Below are positions 45,842 to 56,133 of a DNA stretch of 64,000 bases, piece after piece. Below the pieces are notes generated by a model. It did no database searches. It saw only the letters and a program-made list of their open reading frames with translations, and had not been told where the DNA came from. The stretch is from an uncultured Eubacteriales bacterium (GTDB lineage: Bacteria; Acidobacteriota; Aminicenantia; Aminicenantales; Aminicenantaceae), in contig CAZLBV010000215.1 of the NCBI GenBank assembly GCA_964557845.1, positions 3,582 through 67,581 of the forward strand. The letters run 5' to 3'. Numbering within the stretch: position 1 is the stretch's first letter; every line of letters begins with the position of its first letter. The position numbers and the translations under genes are program-made.

Positions 45842-47217
45842 ATTTTAGCTCTAAACAGAAACAATCTTAACGGAAAAATAAAAGCTTTGCTAATTTTTAT
45901 GGCAAGATTTCTACTTCTTGAATAAAAGAACAGGAATAAATAAGAAGAAGCTGCATATGATAACAAAGTGGCAACTGCAGATCCTATTCCCCCAAACTTA
46001 GGTATTAGAATAAAATTAAGAAGTACATTTAATAAGGCCCCTCCTCCATGAATCATAAGTTGAAAATGCAATGCGTTCTCTATTAAAACCCATTTATCAA
46101 TAATGGCCTTCATGAACATGAATATCCCGGCCCATATATGAATAATCAGAATGGGAGAGGTTCTAGTATATGCTTCACCGTACAAGAAAGGTATCCCAGG
46201 GACCGCCAAAAAGCTTGTTATTACTGCTACAAAAAACGCCAAAGCAAATAGAATGTCAAAAATTTGTTGCAATCTTTTATCATACTCTGAGAGGTTAGTT
46301 TTATTCAGTTCAATCAACCTAGGATAAACAGAGATTGCAATAGTAGTTGGAATGAAATACCAAACTTCAGAAAAAATGACCGCCACAGAATAAATACCAA
46401 CCTCATATGCATCAGTCATCCAGCGAAGCATGATTTGATCCACTCTGAGATTAACTAATGCCAGAAATCCAGAAAGAAAGATGATCCAGGACTGGCTTAA
46501 CAATTCCTTTGCCTTGGAAGGCAGAGCTTTCCATTGAAAAACCGAAAATCCTTTATAGCGATACATGAAAACAAGCAGCAGCGCGGTTAGAAAAAATTCC
46601 AAACTGGATGCTGCGGCAATGGCGATAACTGTTGCTCCTAAGAAAACAAGTAATACTTTTATAATTGCTGCAGCAATAAAGGCCGTGCTCTTGGCCAACA
46701 CCGTATACATTGATTGAACTTGAGACTGAAACCATAAGTCTATTGTCTCAAAGGGCCTTGCAAAAAGACTAAAACCAATGATCAAAAGAACCCCGAACTC
46801 AATGTCTCTAGTATCATGAACGAATTTAGCCACGCATAATATTATCAGGAATGCGAGCAAACTGCCTACAAACTTTAGAAAAAGGGTGGTTCCCAATAGC
46901 TTCTCTTTTTCATCGGGATGCCTAACAATATCTCGTACTACTAGTCCGCTAAGACCTAAATAGACAAATACTGCCATAAACGAGACCAAAGAAAGAGCAT
47001 AACTCAATATACCGAAATTCTCAGGTCCTAAATGCCTGGCAACGAATATATTAACTATTAATCCAATTCCAAGCGTTAATATTTTTTCTGAAATGAGCCA
47101 ACCTGCGTTGGTAAGAATTTTTCTTTGATCTTCGTGTTTCCTAATGTATTCCCTTATAAAAGAAGGAAGCAACTTTAGAATTATAGAGGGATAAAATCTA
47201 GAATTTTTAACTATCAT
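45823..47217 (-). CDS. wzx: Wzx-type polysaccharide/O-antigen flippase (MOP superfamily)
   Basis: 464 aa with about 12-14 TM helices and the typical polysaccharide-biosynthesis-protein N-terminus (NAGWLISEKILTLGIGLIVNIFVARHLGPENFG). Confidence 0.7.
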   Translation of the reverse strand: MIVKNSRFYPSIILKLLPSFIREYIRKHEDQRKILTNAGWLISEKILTLGIGLIVNIFVARHLGPENFGILSYALSLVSFMAVFVYLGLSGLVVRDIVRHPDEKEKLLGTTLFLKFVGSLLAFLIILCVAKFVHDTRDIEFGVLLIIGFSLFARPFETIDLWFQSQVQSMYTVLAKSTAFIAAAIIKVLLVFLGATVIAIAAASSLEFFLTALLLVFMYRYKGFSVFQWKALPSKAKELLSQSWIIFLSGFLALVNLRVDQIMLRWMTDAYEVGIYSVAVIFSEVWYFIPTTIAISVYPRLIELNKTNLSEYDKRLQQIFDILFALAFFVAVITSFLAVPGIPFLYGEAYTRTSPILIIHIWAGIFMFMKAIIDKWVLIENALHFQLMIHGGGALLNVLLNFILIPKFGGIGSAVATLLSYAASSYLFLFFYSRSRNLAIKISKAFIFPLRLFLFRAKIWDHFQ

Positions 47218-47751
47218 TCACATTATCAATATGAATTATTATGGATTACTTATAAAAAATATTATATTAGCAATTTTAGGTATTTTTCACAATTCTTGTC
47301 AACCAAATGTCAAACAAAGTCCCTGCGTTGTCATGCTTTGTTTTGTCTTATTTTGTCAATTTTTTGATCGGTGGATGCATGATTTTAATTTAGTTAATGA
47401 ATAATGCTTTTTTTAGGTATCCTACAAATACTTTAAAAAATTTATACATGGAAGAATTTCAGGGATTTGGCTTCAATAGAAAGCCTGGCAAGTACTGCAA
47501 GTGTAGCAAAACGCAGCAATGTTCCACCAAGCATAGAAATACTGCTCCATTTAACTCCGGAGATGGTTTTAGATTTCAGATCAACGGCCATTATAGTATT
47601 AGATGAGTGTTTCCGTATATTGCTGGTGATCGAGAAGCATGGCTGTTAATAATAACAATGGTGTTTAAAAATCCTTCTGGATTATATTTCAGTTGAAAGA
47701 CATCCCAATTATTTAATTTATTATTATATAGGACAGGGATAATAACTCTCA

Positions 47752-48903
47752 TTATCCCTTTAATATGTCCTTAACAGCTTCAATCACTTCTTCAACAACA
47801 TCATCGGTTAACTTCGGAGAAAGAGGAATGGAGACGGTTCTCTCAGAGATCCATTCCGCGTTGGGAAAGTCACCAGATCGGTAGCCATAGACTTTTTGAT
47901 AATAAGGATGAAGATGGGGGGCGATATAGTGAACGCCGGTGCCTACATTTTTTCGGTGCATTTTATCCAGAAATTGGTCCCGGCTCATATTCATCCGCTC
48001 GATATCTAGGATTAAAGTATACAGATGATACGCATGCCGGGTGCCTGACTCTGCAGGTGCTGGTGTAAAAACAGGGAGGTCTTGAAATGCATAGTTGTAT
48101 TTTTCCCATATCTGTTTCCGTCTTTCCCAATATTTTTCAACTCTCGGTAACTGATGTATACCGAGGGCTGCCTGAATATCCATCATGTTATTCTTAAAGC
48201 CCGCACAAACAACTTGATAGTGTTTATAGCCCTCATCGCTGAAGCGTTTCCAAGCATCTTTCGACATGCCATGGAGGGCTAGAACCTTTATTTGATCAGC
48301 GTAATCCTCCTTGTTGGTGATAATCATTCCTTCTTCACCTGTAATAATGTTTTTAGTGACATAAAAACTGAAACAGCCCAGATCGCCGAAAGTTCCGGTC
48401 TTTTTTCCATGATACTCACTTTCGATGGCATGAGCGCAATCTTCGATGACTTTAAGCTTTTTTTAGCAGCAATTTCCACGATCTTATCCATTTCGCAGGG
48501 CCTGCCGGCAAAATGAACCGGGATGATGGCTTTGGTTTTAGATTAGATCTTTTTCATGATGTTGTCAGGCTCTATATTCATGGTCTGTTGGTTACAGTCG
48601 GCCAGGACAGGTTTACCTCCGGCGTGGATAACAGCATTGGCTGTGGATGCAAAGGTCACAGCTGGAATGATTATTTCGTCTCCTGGTCGAAGCCCTATGG
48701 CTAGCATGGAAAGATGGAGGGCAGCTGTGCAGGAGTTTACAGCCAGGGCAAAACAGGTCCCTTTATACTGTTGAACATCTCTTCGAATCGATGCACTTTC
48801 GGGTCGGTCCCCAACCATCCGGAACGAAGAGAGAATCAACTACTTCATCGATCTCCGCCTGTTCGATCAAAGGGCTTCCGAAAACGAGGAAATTATCGCG
48901 CAT
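47752..48903 (-). pseudogene. decayed DegT/DnrJ/EryC1/StrS-family sugar aminotransferase (ArnB/WecE-like): at least 3 frameshifts plus 1 in-frame stop
   Basis: Reverse-strand translation from ATG (complement of 48901-48903) gives MRDNFLVFGSPLIEQAEIDEVVDSL. The canonical continuation RSGWLGTDPKVHRFEEMFNS is found only in a second frame, after an extra CT in a TCTCTC repeat near 48825-48835. YKGTCFALAVNSCTAALH...PGDEIIIPAVTF...MKKI is in a third frame, after a T-run deletion. An in-frame TAA lies at the complement of 48543-48545. A further frameshift lies in a poly-A(7) tract at the complement of 48458-48464, where AAKK-SLKSS should read AAKKKLKVIEDCAHAIE. The C-terminal part (47752-48327) is intact. 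Confidence 0.75.
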
Positions 48904-49322
48904 TCATTATCTCTTTTTTTTAGTTTTATCCCCTGTTTCCATTCTGCTCAACACATCTGAAAAATTTATAGCACATGGCCTGACTGAAGTCAAAGTTATT
49001 AGAGGTAAAACTTATTTTAATGCTGCTGCCTGGACATGTGATTCACTTGATAATTTCGAAATAAAGAGTGAAAATTTCAGGAGCATGTGGTATCAGAATA
49101 AAATCAAAGAATTAGGACAATTAAGCGAAGGAGTATACAGATGTTGAACAGAGAAAAACTAATAGAATGTGCAGCCTAAATGGAATGTGGAAATGCTATC
49201 GTTCACATGCGACGGAGTTGCCTTCTACTTGATTTGGAAAATATAAATACACAAAGGCCTGCAAAGACAAGAACAGCGAAATTTCAGGAAATACTATCTC
49301 AATTGAAACTGATACTATGTTT

Positions 49323-52300
49323 TTAAAATCCGATTATCAGGGTTTTCTCTTCTCGTTTCTTTCCGTTTTTGTTCTCCCAGGTCACGATCGATTTGGCTGC
49401 TTCATCTAGATTCGAGCTTCTGTAAAGCATAACTGACATAGTTGAATGTTGTTCGAGATTAAGATACCCCTGGAATTCATAAGTATCGGCACCGGTTTCA
49501 AGAAGTGTCATATCAAAGCTCAATTGTTTTGTTTCGTCAAAAACCCTAATATTCAGTTCTTCTCTTACTGAAGGATCCGCTCCCGCCAGCCGATCGATGA
49601 TATTTATAAACAAAAGGCGTCCTTCCTCTGTAGGGATGACCTCCATTTCCGCCAGCTGTGTGGAGACACTTTCAGTAGATGTCATAATGGAAAATTCTTG
49701 CAAGTCTTTTCCGCCCTTTCCATCTTCGACTTGAAGAGAGACCAGATTGTAACCGGCTGCAGAATCCTCCGGTTTCCATAAAAGCAAACGTCTGGAGGTG
49801 TCGAGTTGCATTCCTTCCGGGGCATTAACTAAAGAATAGACAAGGCCATCCTTGTCATAATCTTTTGCCTTAAATTTGTATCTATACATGGTTCCTGCCT
49901 GGGCCTCGCACTCAGGTTCAGATATAAAGAAAGGATGATTGTTCATATCACGTGTTCTGTATCTTACTTTCCTGAAATTGCTTATTTCACTTTCGGAGCC
50001 GTCCTGAGCAATTGAGGTAATACCCAATTTGTAAACACGCCCGGGTGTTATCATGGTGTTGTCCAACTCGATCTCAGTAATAGGGGGAATGTTTATACAG
50101 TCGGTGAGAACTTTTGCTTCAATATCATCGCTGTAATAAACGCGAATAAAATCTATATTACTTGTATCCCCTATTTCAGCATCAAAGACAATGGTATCTT
50201 TTTTCACATTGCATTTTCCCATCCGGGGTTGTTCTAGGGGGGTGGCTCCAAAATTAATTTTTTCTGGGAAATAAGCCCTACGCATTGCATGTGAAGAATC
50301 TATGATCTCAGTATAGATGTAACCGTTTTTAAGTGTTAGATTCTCTGAAGGAGACCAGGTGAATTCCAACTGTCCGTCATTTTCATAAGTGCTTCCTATT
50401 GGTATCCCGTTGAATTTTTTGTTGTTTTGGTTGAAGTAGAAATTGACCTTGGCCTTATCATCAGGGTCGTAAGCCTTAGCTATTAATTTGTACTGAGAGC
50501 CACCCAGTTTGACGATCCTTCTGGGGATAATATTGGGTGAAATATTTCCTGAAGCAAAATGGATGGTTGCTTCTCCCACATCATCTGTGTTTCTTACTTT
50601 TACTTCCCATTGGCCCGGAAGGGGATTTCTTATCATGAACCCTGCTGTCTGGTTGGCTTCATCATAGCGGTACAAGAAGTTTTCGTTTTCTTCAGGCAGG
50701 TTGACAGCTGGATCGATAACTTTGCCATTAGGAAGGATAAGAATAACATCCGGTGTTTTGTTTTGTCCCTGAACTGCAAAAATTATTCCCGGAGATTTTT
50801 TAGGGACAGAAAAATAGTGATTTCGGTCTAAAAAGTAATTAGAAACATTCTCAGTCTCAAATCCCTTTAAGGTATAAGTGGGAGAAACAGCTTTTCCATC
50901 ACTCGATTCCCAGAGAGGAGGAACATGGAATTCGAGTGGAAAGAGCCCCAATAATTTCCACCAGGACCAGAAGCCGGTGTCATCGATGTAAATATAACAT
51001 TCAGCCACATCGATCCTATCTTTATCTTTGGTTGCCCACTGCAGCCATTCCGGAATGTCGAAACCAACCGTCCCTAAAAAGGAACCACTCCACCAGTAAA
51101 AAGGTTTGTTCACCCAGAATACAGATAAAGTTCCGTCACCTTTGGCCAGCCCGTACATCAGAGTTAAATGCAGGTTGCCTGATAAGCCCACATTTGTCCA
51201 AATTTCGACAGAGCCATGCATACAGTCGTAACCGAGGGTTTCACCGTAGCCATACAGGGAATAATAGCCGCTCAGGTCAAGGGTGCCACTACCCCCGAAT
51301 TCTATGATCGAGCCGAAATTTTCAATCCTTTCGAAAACACTGAAGGCAATTCCCAGGGTTAATGACATGGGAACATTTTTCGGCTCATCCATGTTAATAT
51401 TGATGTCTTGAAGATAGACAGGGATGTCGTCGATTTGCAAATTAAGATCTTCTCCAAATCCTGAGAAGTGCTCCAGCCAGTTTTCCTTGATCCTTATGCT
51501 GCCCCCGAAGGTTGGCATTTCCTGAATGACTACTTTTTCAGCAGTAAGCTCAAAGGACTTATTGATGGTATCGATGAAACCATATACTCCCTGTAATTCC
51601 ATCAGATCGCCGATCTTAAAATCAGAGTAGTAGATATCTCCAATAAATCCCATGTCTTTGGCCTTAGGTCCTTTTATCTCCATTCTTTGGATATCGCAAT
51701 AGCTGCCTTCTCCGAACATTTCTGGATTGAGGGTTGTTTTTATGCTTAAAGCCACTCCAAATGGGTCGGTTAAAAATTCAATATATTTGACCTCCACGTC
51801 TGTGCCAAAAAGTTCAAGCGGCGAATCATAACTGAATCCATCGATCTTACAGTCAAAGGCATCGATCCTGTGGTTGCCAGCGATGAGGACATTGCTTCCT
51901 ATCATGAACAAGTTCGTTCCGGTGACTTTAAGTGTACCATTAAACTGGATATAGGCTTCGGGTTCGGTTTGCCCGGTTACAGTCCCGGAGATTGAGACCA
52001 TGGGTTTAGTGTAATCTCGGTCAAGAGAATCAATGTCAGTGCTTGATTTGCTGTCCGGTTGATAAAACGCCAGGCGGACATCCCCGCTGGCTGAAAAGGA
52101 ATTTTGATATTTAGTATAAATATCGGCTATTATGCGGATATTGCCGATATCCATGGTGGTGTAGTAAACCTCTATCTTGGTATTTTGGCCTGCTTCAACG
52201 ACCGCGGTCTGTGATGCCGGAGGAACCCAACCTCTGGCACTGGTGAAATCAACGATATATGTACCTGGAGGTAACTCAACCGCTTTGTTGGAATTATAAG

Positions 52301-53042
52301 TGCCTGTTCGGCCTTGGATCCGCCACTTTGCTCCTGCCCTGGTAGCTTGAATTGGATTAATAACCACTTGTAAAAAAGCGGCCAATCTGACATAGGTGGC
52401 GGTGCAAGTGGTGGTCTGACCAGACAAAGACTGGACCCATCTATTGTTTGGTTTGGCCCATCCGTTGATATCCTTGAATTCAACATAGTATTCTCCAGGT
52501 GGAACATCAGTCTCTGTATCACCGCTGTTATACCAGGTTGTTGTACTCACGCGCCGCCATTGTGCTCCCGCATCCACAGCTTCCTGGGGAGTGATGGTGA
52601 CTTGTATGGAGCCATATTGGACATAGGTACCGGTTATCACTACCCGGTCCCAAGGGATATAGACGGTTTGGTTTTCCGGTTTTATCCAGCCTGCGATATC
52701 TTTAAACTCGATCTCCATATATATTTCGGGATCCATATAAACGGTATCCACGTGTCCGCTGTCCAGCCAGGGGCTCCAGTCTCCTGAAGGCAGACGCCTG
52801 GTGCGCCACTGAGCACCTGCGGTTCGCGCTCCGGATGGCTCGATTATAACCTGAAGTTCTGGATCCCCAGCACTGTGAATCAATGTGCCCTTCATCGGAT
52901 CCGGCGGCGGCGATCCATCAGATGAAGCCTGGGTTAAAAATGATGAAAAAATGAATGTAACAAAAAAAATAAACAATAAAATCATTGTTTTTTTAATGTG
53001 GTCTAAATAAAACTTATGAAAAAAATGAGTAGAATAAAACAT
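49323..53042 (-). CDS. large secreted/surface protein with three tandem ~85-aa N-terminal repeats and a C-terminal dystroglycan-type cadherin-like (putative Ig) domain
   Basis: 1239-aa ORF. The alternative start is the Met at 52985 (MILLFIFFVTFIFSSFLTQASS, signal peptide). The tandem-repeat pattern is GAQWR...SG...PGEY.VEFKDI.GW.KP, seen three times between residues ~70 and 300. Near the C-terminus, FKAKDYDKDGLVYSLVNAPEGMQLD...LLLWKP resembles CADG/He_PIG domains. Confidence 0.6.
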   Translation of the reverse strand: MFYSTHFFHKFYLDHIKKTMILLFIFFVTFIFSSFLTQASSDGSPPPDPMKGTLIHSAGDPELQVIIEPSGARTAGAQWRTRRLPSGDWSPWLDSGHVDTVYMDPEIYMEIEFKDIAGWIKPENQTVYIPWDRVVITGTYVQYGSIQVTITPQEAVDAGAQWRRVSTTTWYNSGDTETDVPPGEYYVEFKDINGWAKPNNRWVQSLSGQTTTCTATYVRLAAFLQVVINPIQATRAGAKWRIQGRTGTYNSNKAVELPPGTYIVDFTSARGWVPPASQTAVVEAGQNTKIEVYYTTMDIGNIRIIADIYTKYQNSFSASGDVRLAFYQPDSKSSTDIDSLDRDYTKPMVSISGTVTGQTEPEAYIQFNGTLKVTGTNLFMIGSNVLIAGNHRIDAFDCKIDGFSYDSPLELFGTDVEVKYIEFLTDPFGVALSIKTTLNPEMFGEGSYCDIQRMEIKGPKAKDMGFIGDIYYSDFKIGDLMELQGVYGFIDTINKSFELTAEKVVIQEMPTFGGSIRIKENWLEHFSGFGEDLNLQIDDIPVYLQDININMDEPKNVPMSLTLGIAFSVFERIENFGSIIEFGGSGTLDLSGYYSLYGYGETLGYDCMHGSVEIWTNVGLSGNLHLTLMYGLAKGDGTLSVFWVNKPFYWWSGSFLGTVGFDIPEWLQWATKDKDRIDVAECYIYIDDTGFWSWWKLLGLFPLEFHVPPLWESSDGKAVSPTYTLKGFETENVSNYFLDRNHYFSVPKKSPGIIFAVQGQNKTPDVILILPNGKVIDPAVNLPEENENFLYRYDEANQTAGFMIRNPLPGQWEVKVRNTDDVGEATIHFASGNISPNIIPRRIVKLGGSQYKLIAKAYDPDDKAKVNFYFNQNNKKFNGIPIGSTYENDGQLEFTWSPSENLTLKNGYIYTEIIDSSHAMRRAYFPEKINFGATPLEQPRMGKCNVKKDTIVFDAEIGDTSNIDFIRVYYSDDIEAKVLTDCINIPPITEIELDNTMITPGRVYKLGITSIAQDGSESEISNFRKVRYRTRDMNNHPFFISEPECEAQAGTMYRYKFKAKDYDKDGLVYSLVNAPEGMQLDTSRRLLLWKPEDSAAGYNLVSLQVEDGKGGKDLQEFSIMTSTESVSTQLAEMEVIPTEEGRLLFINIIDRLAGADPSVREELNIRVFDETKQLSFDMTLLETGADTYEFQGYLNLEQHSTMSVMLYRSSNLDEAAKSIVTWENKNGKKREEKTLIIGF

Positions 53043-53269
53043 TTGATGTTTTCCTTCCCGATTATTTTTTTAAGACAAAATCAAAAAGAAACACGAATTC
53101 AACCTTGGGTAAATATTTATTATAAAAATATTTTTACTATGTCAATAAAAAATCTAAAACTAAATTCTGAGAGATCAAGATCTGAAGTGGCATGATTCTG
53201 GCACGAGCCATATGTAAATCCTATATTTATTTAGCTTAAAAATTTTCTGGAGTTAACAAAGAGGATCCC

Positions 53270-53617
53270 ATGGAAATCCGTATAAAAAGAGCCTATACAA
53301 AACCGGCTAGGTCAGATGGCTATAGAGTATTGGTGGACCGAATATGGCCGAGAGGAGTTTCTAAAGAGGATGCTGAACTGGATGATTGGATGAAGGAAAT
53401 CGCTCCCAGCAGTAAATTGAGAAAATGGTTCGATCACGATCCGGACAGATGGGAAGAATTTAAGCATAGATATTTCGATGAACTAGATAATAAATCAAAA
53501 GAGTTAAATGTTCTTCGAAACAAAGCAAAAATTGGGAGAATCACTCTGGTTTATTCTGCCAAGGATGAAGAACATAATAATGCTGTGGCTCTTAAAGAAT
53601 ATTTGAATGAAGCTTAG
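53270..53617 (+). CDS. DUF488-family protein
   Basis: 115 aa with YTKPARSDGYRVLVDRIWPRGVSKE...APSSKLRKWFDHDPDRWEEF, the conserved DUF488 core. Confidence 0.6.
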   Translation: MEIRIKRAYTKPARSDGYRVLVDRIWPRGVSKEDAELDDWMKEIAPSSKLRKWFDHDPDRWEEFKHRYFDELDNKSKELNVLRNKAKIGRITLVYSAKDEEHNNAVALKEYLNEA

Positions 53618-53675
53618 GTTGTGGACAAAGTAATTGCATGAGATATAATGTTTAGAAAAATAAAAAATAAGAGAG

Positions 53676-54548
53676 ATGTTGAAAAACAATAAGACAGAAA
53701 AAAAGGTCAAAGCAGCACAAAAGCGTGAAATAACAGAGCATTTGATCTATCGGAAACTATCAAGAACAATTAAGGATGCTCATAATCGTGAGATTTTATT
53801 AAGGATCTCGGATGATGAGCTGAAGCATTACAACCTGCTCAAAGATTATACCAAACGGGAAATGAAACCTAATCGAATACAGTTATGGCTGTATTACCTT
53901 CTTTCCAAGGTCTTTGGTTTGACTTTTGGAATCAAGCTGATGGAACGGGGCGAGGAGACGGCCCAGGTTATCTATCGTGATCTGGCGAGTTCCTTTCCCA
54001 GGGCTTTTGACATTGCAAAAGAAGAAGATGAGCACGAAGAACAGCTTATCCGGACGTTTGATGAGAAGAGGCTTGATTACATAGGTTCTATGATAAGGGG
54101 ACTTAACGATGCTTTAGTGGAGCTTACCGGTGCTCTTGCCGGTTTTACCCTGGCACTTCAGGATCCCCGTCTGATCGCTATGGCAGGGCTAATTACAGGG
54201 ATTGCCGCATCCATGTCCATGGGCGGTACCGAATATTTGGCGAAAAGATACGAAAAAAGCGATCAACACCCGATAAAGTCAGGTATATATACAGGAGTAG
54301 CTTATATTTTTACTGTTCTTTTGTTAGTCCTCCCTTATATTTTATTGGGCAATATTTATATCTCGCTGGGGATTATGGTATTTGTGGCAATCGTTATTAT
54401 TATAATATTTAGTTTTTATATATCTGTGGCTAAGGATCTCTCTTTTTGGAAACGCTTTTTAGAAATGGCCGGATTGAGTCTTGGAATAGCTGCATTATCA
54501 TTTGTTATCGGTTATATCGCAAGGAAGATCTTGGGAGTGGGTCTATAA
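53676..54548 (+). CDS. membrane-bound ferritin-like / VIT1-CCC1 fusion (MbfA-like Fe/Mn exporter)
   Basis: 290 aa. The N-terminus is a ferritin/erythrin-like helix pair with ExxH-type ligands (EITEHLIY, ELKHYNLL, EEDEHEEQL). The C-terminal VIT1/CCC1 membrane domain carries MIRGLNDALVELTGALAG and ITGIAASMSMGGTEYLA. Confidence 0.7.
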   Translation: MLKNNKTEKKVKAAQKREITEHLIYRKLSRTIKDAHNREILLRISDDELKHYNLLKDYTKREMKPNRIQLWLYYLLSKVFGLTFGIKLMERGEETAQVIYRDLASSFPRAFDIAKEEDEHEEQLIRTFDEKRLDYIGSMIRGLNDALVELTGALAGFTLALQDPRLIAMAGLITGIAASMSMGGTEYLAKRYEKSDQHPIKSGIYTGVAYIFTVLLLVLPYILLGNIYISLGIMVFVAIVIIIIFSFYISVAKDLSFWKRFLEMAGLSLGIAALSFVIGYIARKILGVGL

Positions 54549-54806
54549 ATGAACTAGCCTGAACTATTCATAAAAAATGCCGATGGTAATGATGATCTTG
54601 ATAAAAAATCCAGTTTTACAGGAATTTGTCTTATTCCACTAAACTTTTCAACAAGTCCGGTAATTTTAGAAAACGACGAGTTAAGTGCATTGAAGAGGAG
54701 TTTAATACATTTTGTGAAGAGTAGAGTATAGGTAAAAATGGTATAATTCTTGATTGTATTGTCATAAGATCTAGACAAAAATGATACTCGGCATCGATTT
54801 ACAATT

Positions 54807-55370
54807 TTGGAGGTTATCATGGAACCCATAGGTCCATTGATGTGGGAGCATAGGACTATCGAACGTGCTGTTAAACTGTTGGAAAAAGAATTGGAAAAGA
54901 TCCAGAAAACAGGAAAAAGCGATCATGAATTTTTAAATATGATCGTTGATTTTTTTCGGATCTATGCTGATAGAACCCACCACGGGAAAGAAGAGGATAT
55001 TTTATTTAAGGCTCTCAATTCTAAATCTTTATCCAGAGAACACAAAAAGATCATGGATGAGTTAATAGAAGAACATAAGAAAGGAAGAAAACTGACTAAC
55101 GAGCTTAAAAAGTGGGATGAATCCCATGGGGAGGATTCATCCGAGGATATAGATAAAGTGACCGATGCATTAAAGGAGCTTCTTCAACTGTATCCTCAGC
55201 ATATCGAGAAAGAAGACAAACATTTTTTCTTCCCAATAATGGATTATTTTTCAAAACAGGAAAGAGAGGACATGCTTGAGAAATTTTATGAATTTGACAG
55301 GCAGTTGATTCATGAAAAATATAAAAAGTTGATCGATGAATGGGAAGATATTTTAAGGACCAGCGATTAA
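54807..55370 (+). CDS. hemerythrin-like (HHE cation-binding) domain protein
   Basis: 187 aa with three H/E-containing helices (WEHRTIERA, RTHHGKEEDILFKAL, EKEDKHFFFPIM) typical of the hemerythrin HHE domain. Confidence 0.7.
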   Translation: MEVIMEPIGPLMWEHRTIERAVKLLEKELEKIQKTGKSDHEFLNMIVDFFRIYADRTHHGKEEDILFKALNSKSLSREHKKIMDELIEEHKKGRKLTNELKKWDESHGEDSSEDIDKVTDALKELLQLYPQHIEKEDKHFFFPIMDYFSKQEREDMLEKFYEFDRQLIHEKYKKLIDEWEDILRTSD

Positions 55371-55382
55371 GGAGGTTTAAAT

Positions 55383-56132
55383 ATGCTGGAGCTCAGAAAT
55401 TTTAGCGTGTCTATTGGAGAAAAGGAAATTGTTCATGATGTTAATATTACCATCAAAAGTGGAGAAACTCATACGCTGTTTGGACCTAACGGCAGTGGGA
55501 AGACCACTCTTCTTATGGCTATCATGGGATTTCCCAAGTATAAAGTGAATAAAGGTTCTATTTTATTTGATGGTAAAGATATTTCAGATTTATCTTTAGA
55601 TGAGCGAGCTCGCTTAGGTATAGGAATGTCATTCCAGAGGCCCCCTGTCGTCAAGGGAGTAAAAACTCGGGATATGGTTGCAGCATCCCTTGGGGATAAA
55701 CAGGAAGAAGCCGATAAAATTATTCTCGGACTGGCTGAAAAGGCTGATCTTGTGGATTTCCTTGATAGAGAGGTTAATTACGGTTTTTCCGGAGGAGAGA
55801 TAAAACGGTCCGAGCTCCTTCAGCTTCTGGCGCAAAAACCTAAGCTAGTTTTGCTTGATGAGCCTGAATCAGGAGTCGATCTAGTAAATATAGCCTTAAT
55901 CGGCAAACTTATTGATGAACTTCTGGAAAAAAACTGCCGTATCGTCGAGAGGAAATGCAGCGGTCTTATCATTACCCATACCGGTCATATCCTTGACTTT
56001 GTCAATGCCCGTACCGGTTATGTCATGTGTGATGGGCGGATAGGCTGTGAAGGGAATCCCCTTGAAATCCTTAAGACTATTAAGGAGAAAGGTTATGAGG
56101 AATGTATCAGATGCATGGTAAGGAGAAGATGA
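55383..56132 (+). CDS. sufC: Fe-S cluster assembly ATPase SufC
   Basis: 249 aa with Walker A GPNGSGKTTL, signature FSGGEIKRSELLQLL, Walker B LVLLDEPESGVD and D-loop/H-loop ITH. Confidence 0.9.
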   Translation: MLELRNFSVSIGEKEIVHDVNITIKSGETHTLFGPNGSGKTTLLMAIMGFPKYKVNKGSILFDGKDISDLSLDERARLGIGMSFQRPPVVKGVKTRDMVAASLGDKQEEADKIILGLAEKADLVDFLDREVNYGFSGGEIKRSELLQLLAQKPKLVLLDEPESGVDLVNIALIGKLIDELLEKNCRIVERKCSGLIITHTGHILDFVNARTGYVMCDGRIGCEGNPLEILKTIKEKGYEECIRCMVRRR

Positions 56133-56133
56133 A

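Noticed and set aside
48292-48923. Plus-strand ORFs 48292-48516, 48513-48704, 48556-48774 and 48714-48923
   Set aside because: All are antisense to the recognisable DegT aminotransferase reading frames and are artefacts of the pseudogene's broken minus-strand frames.
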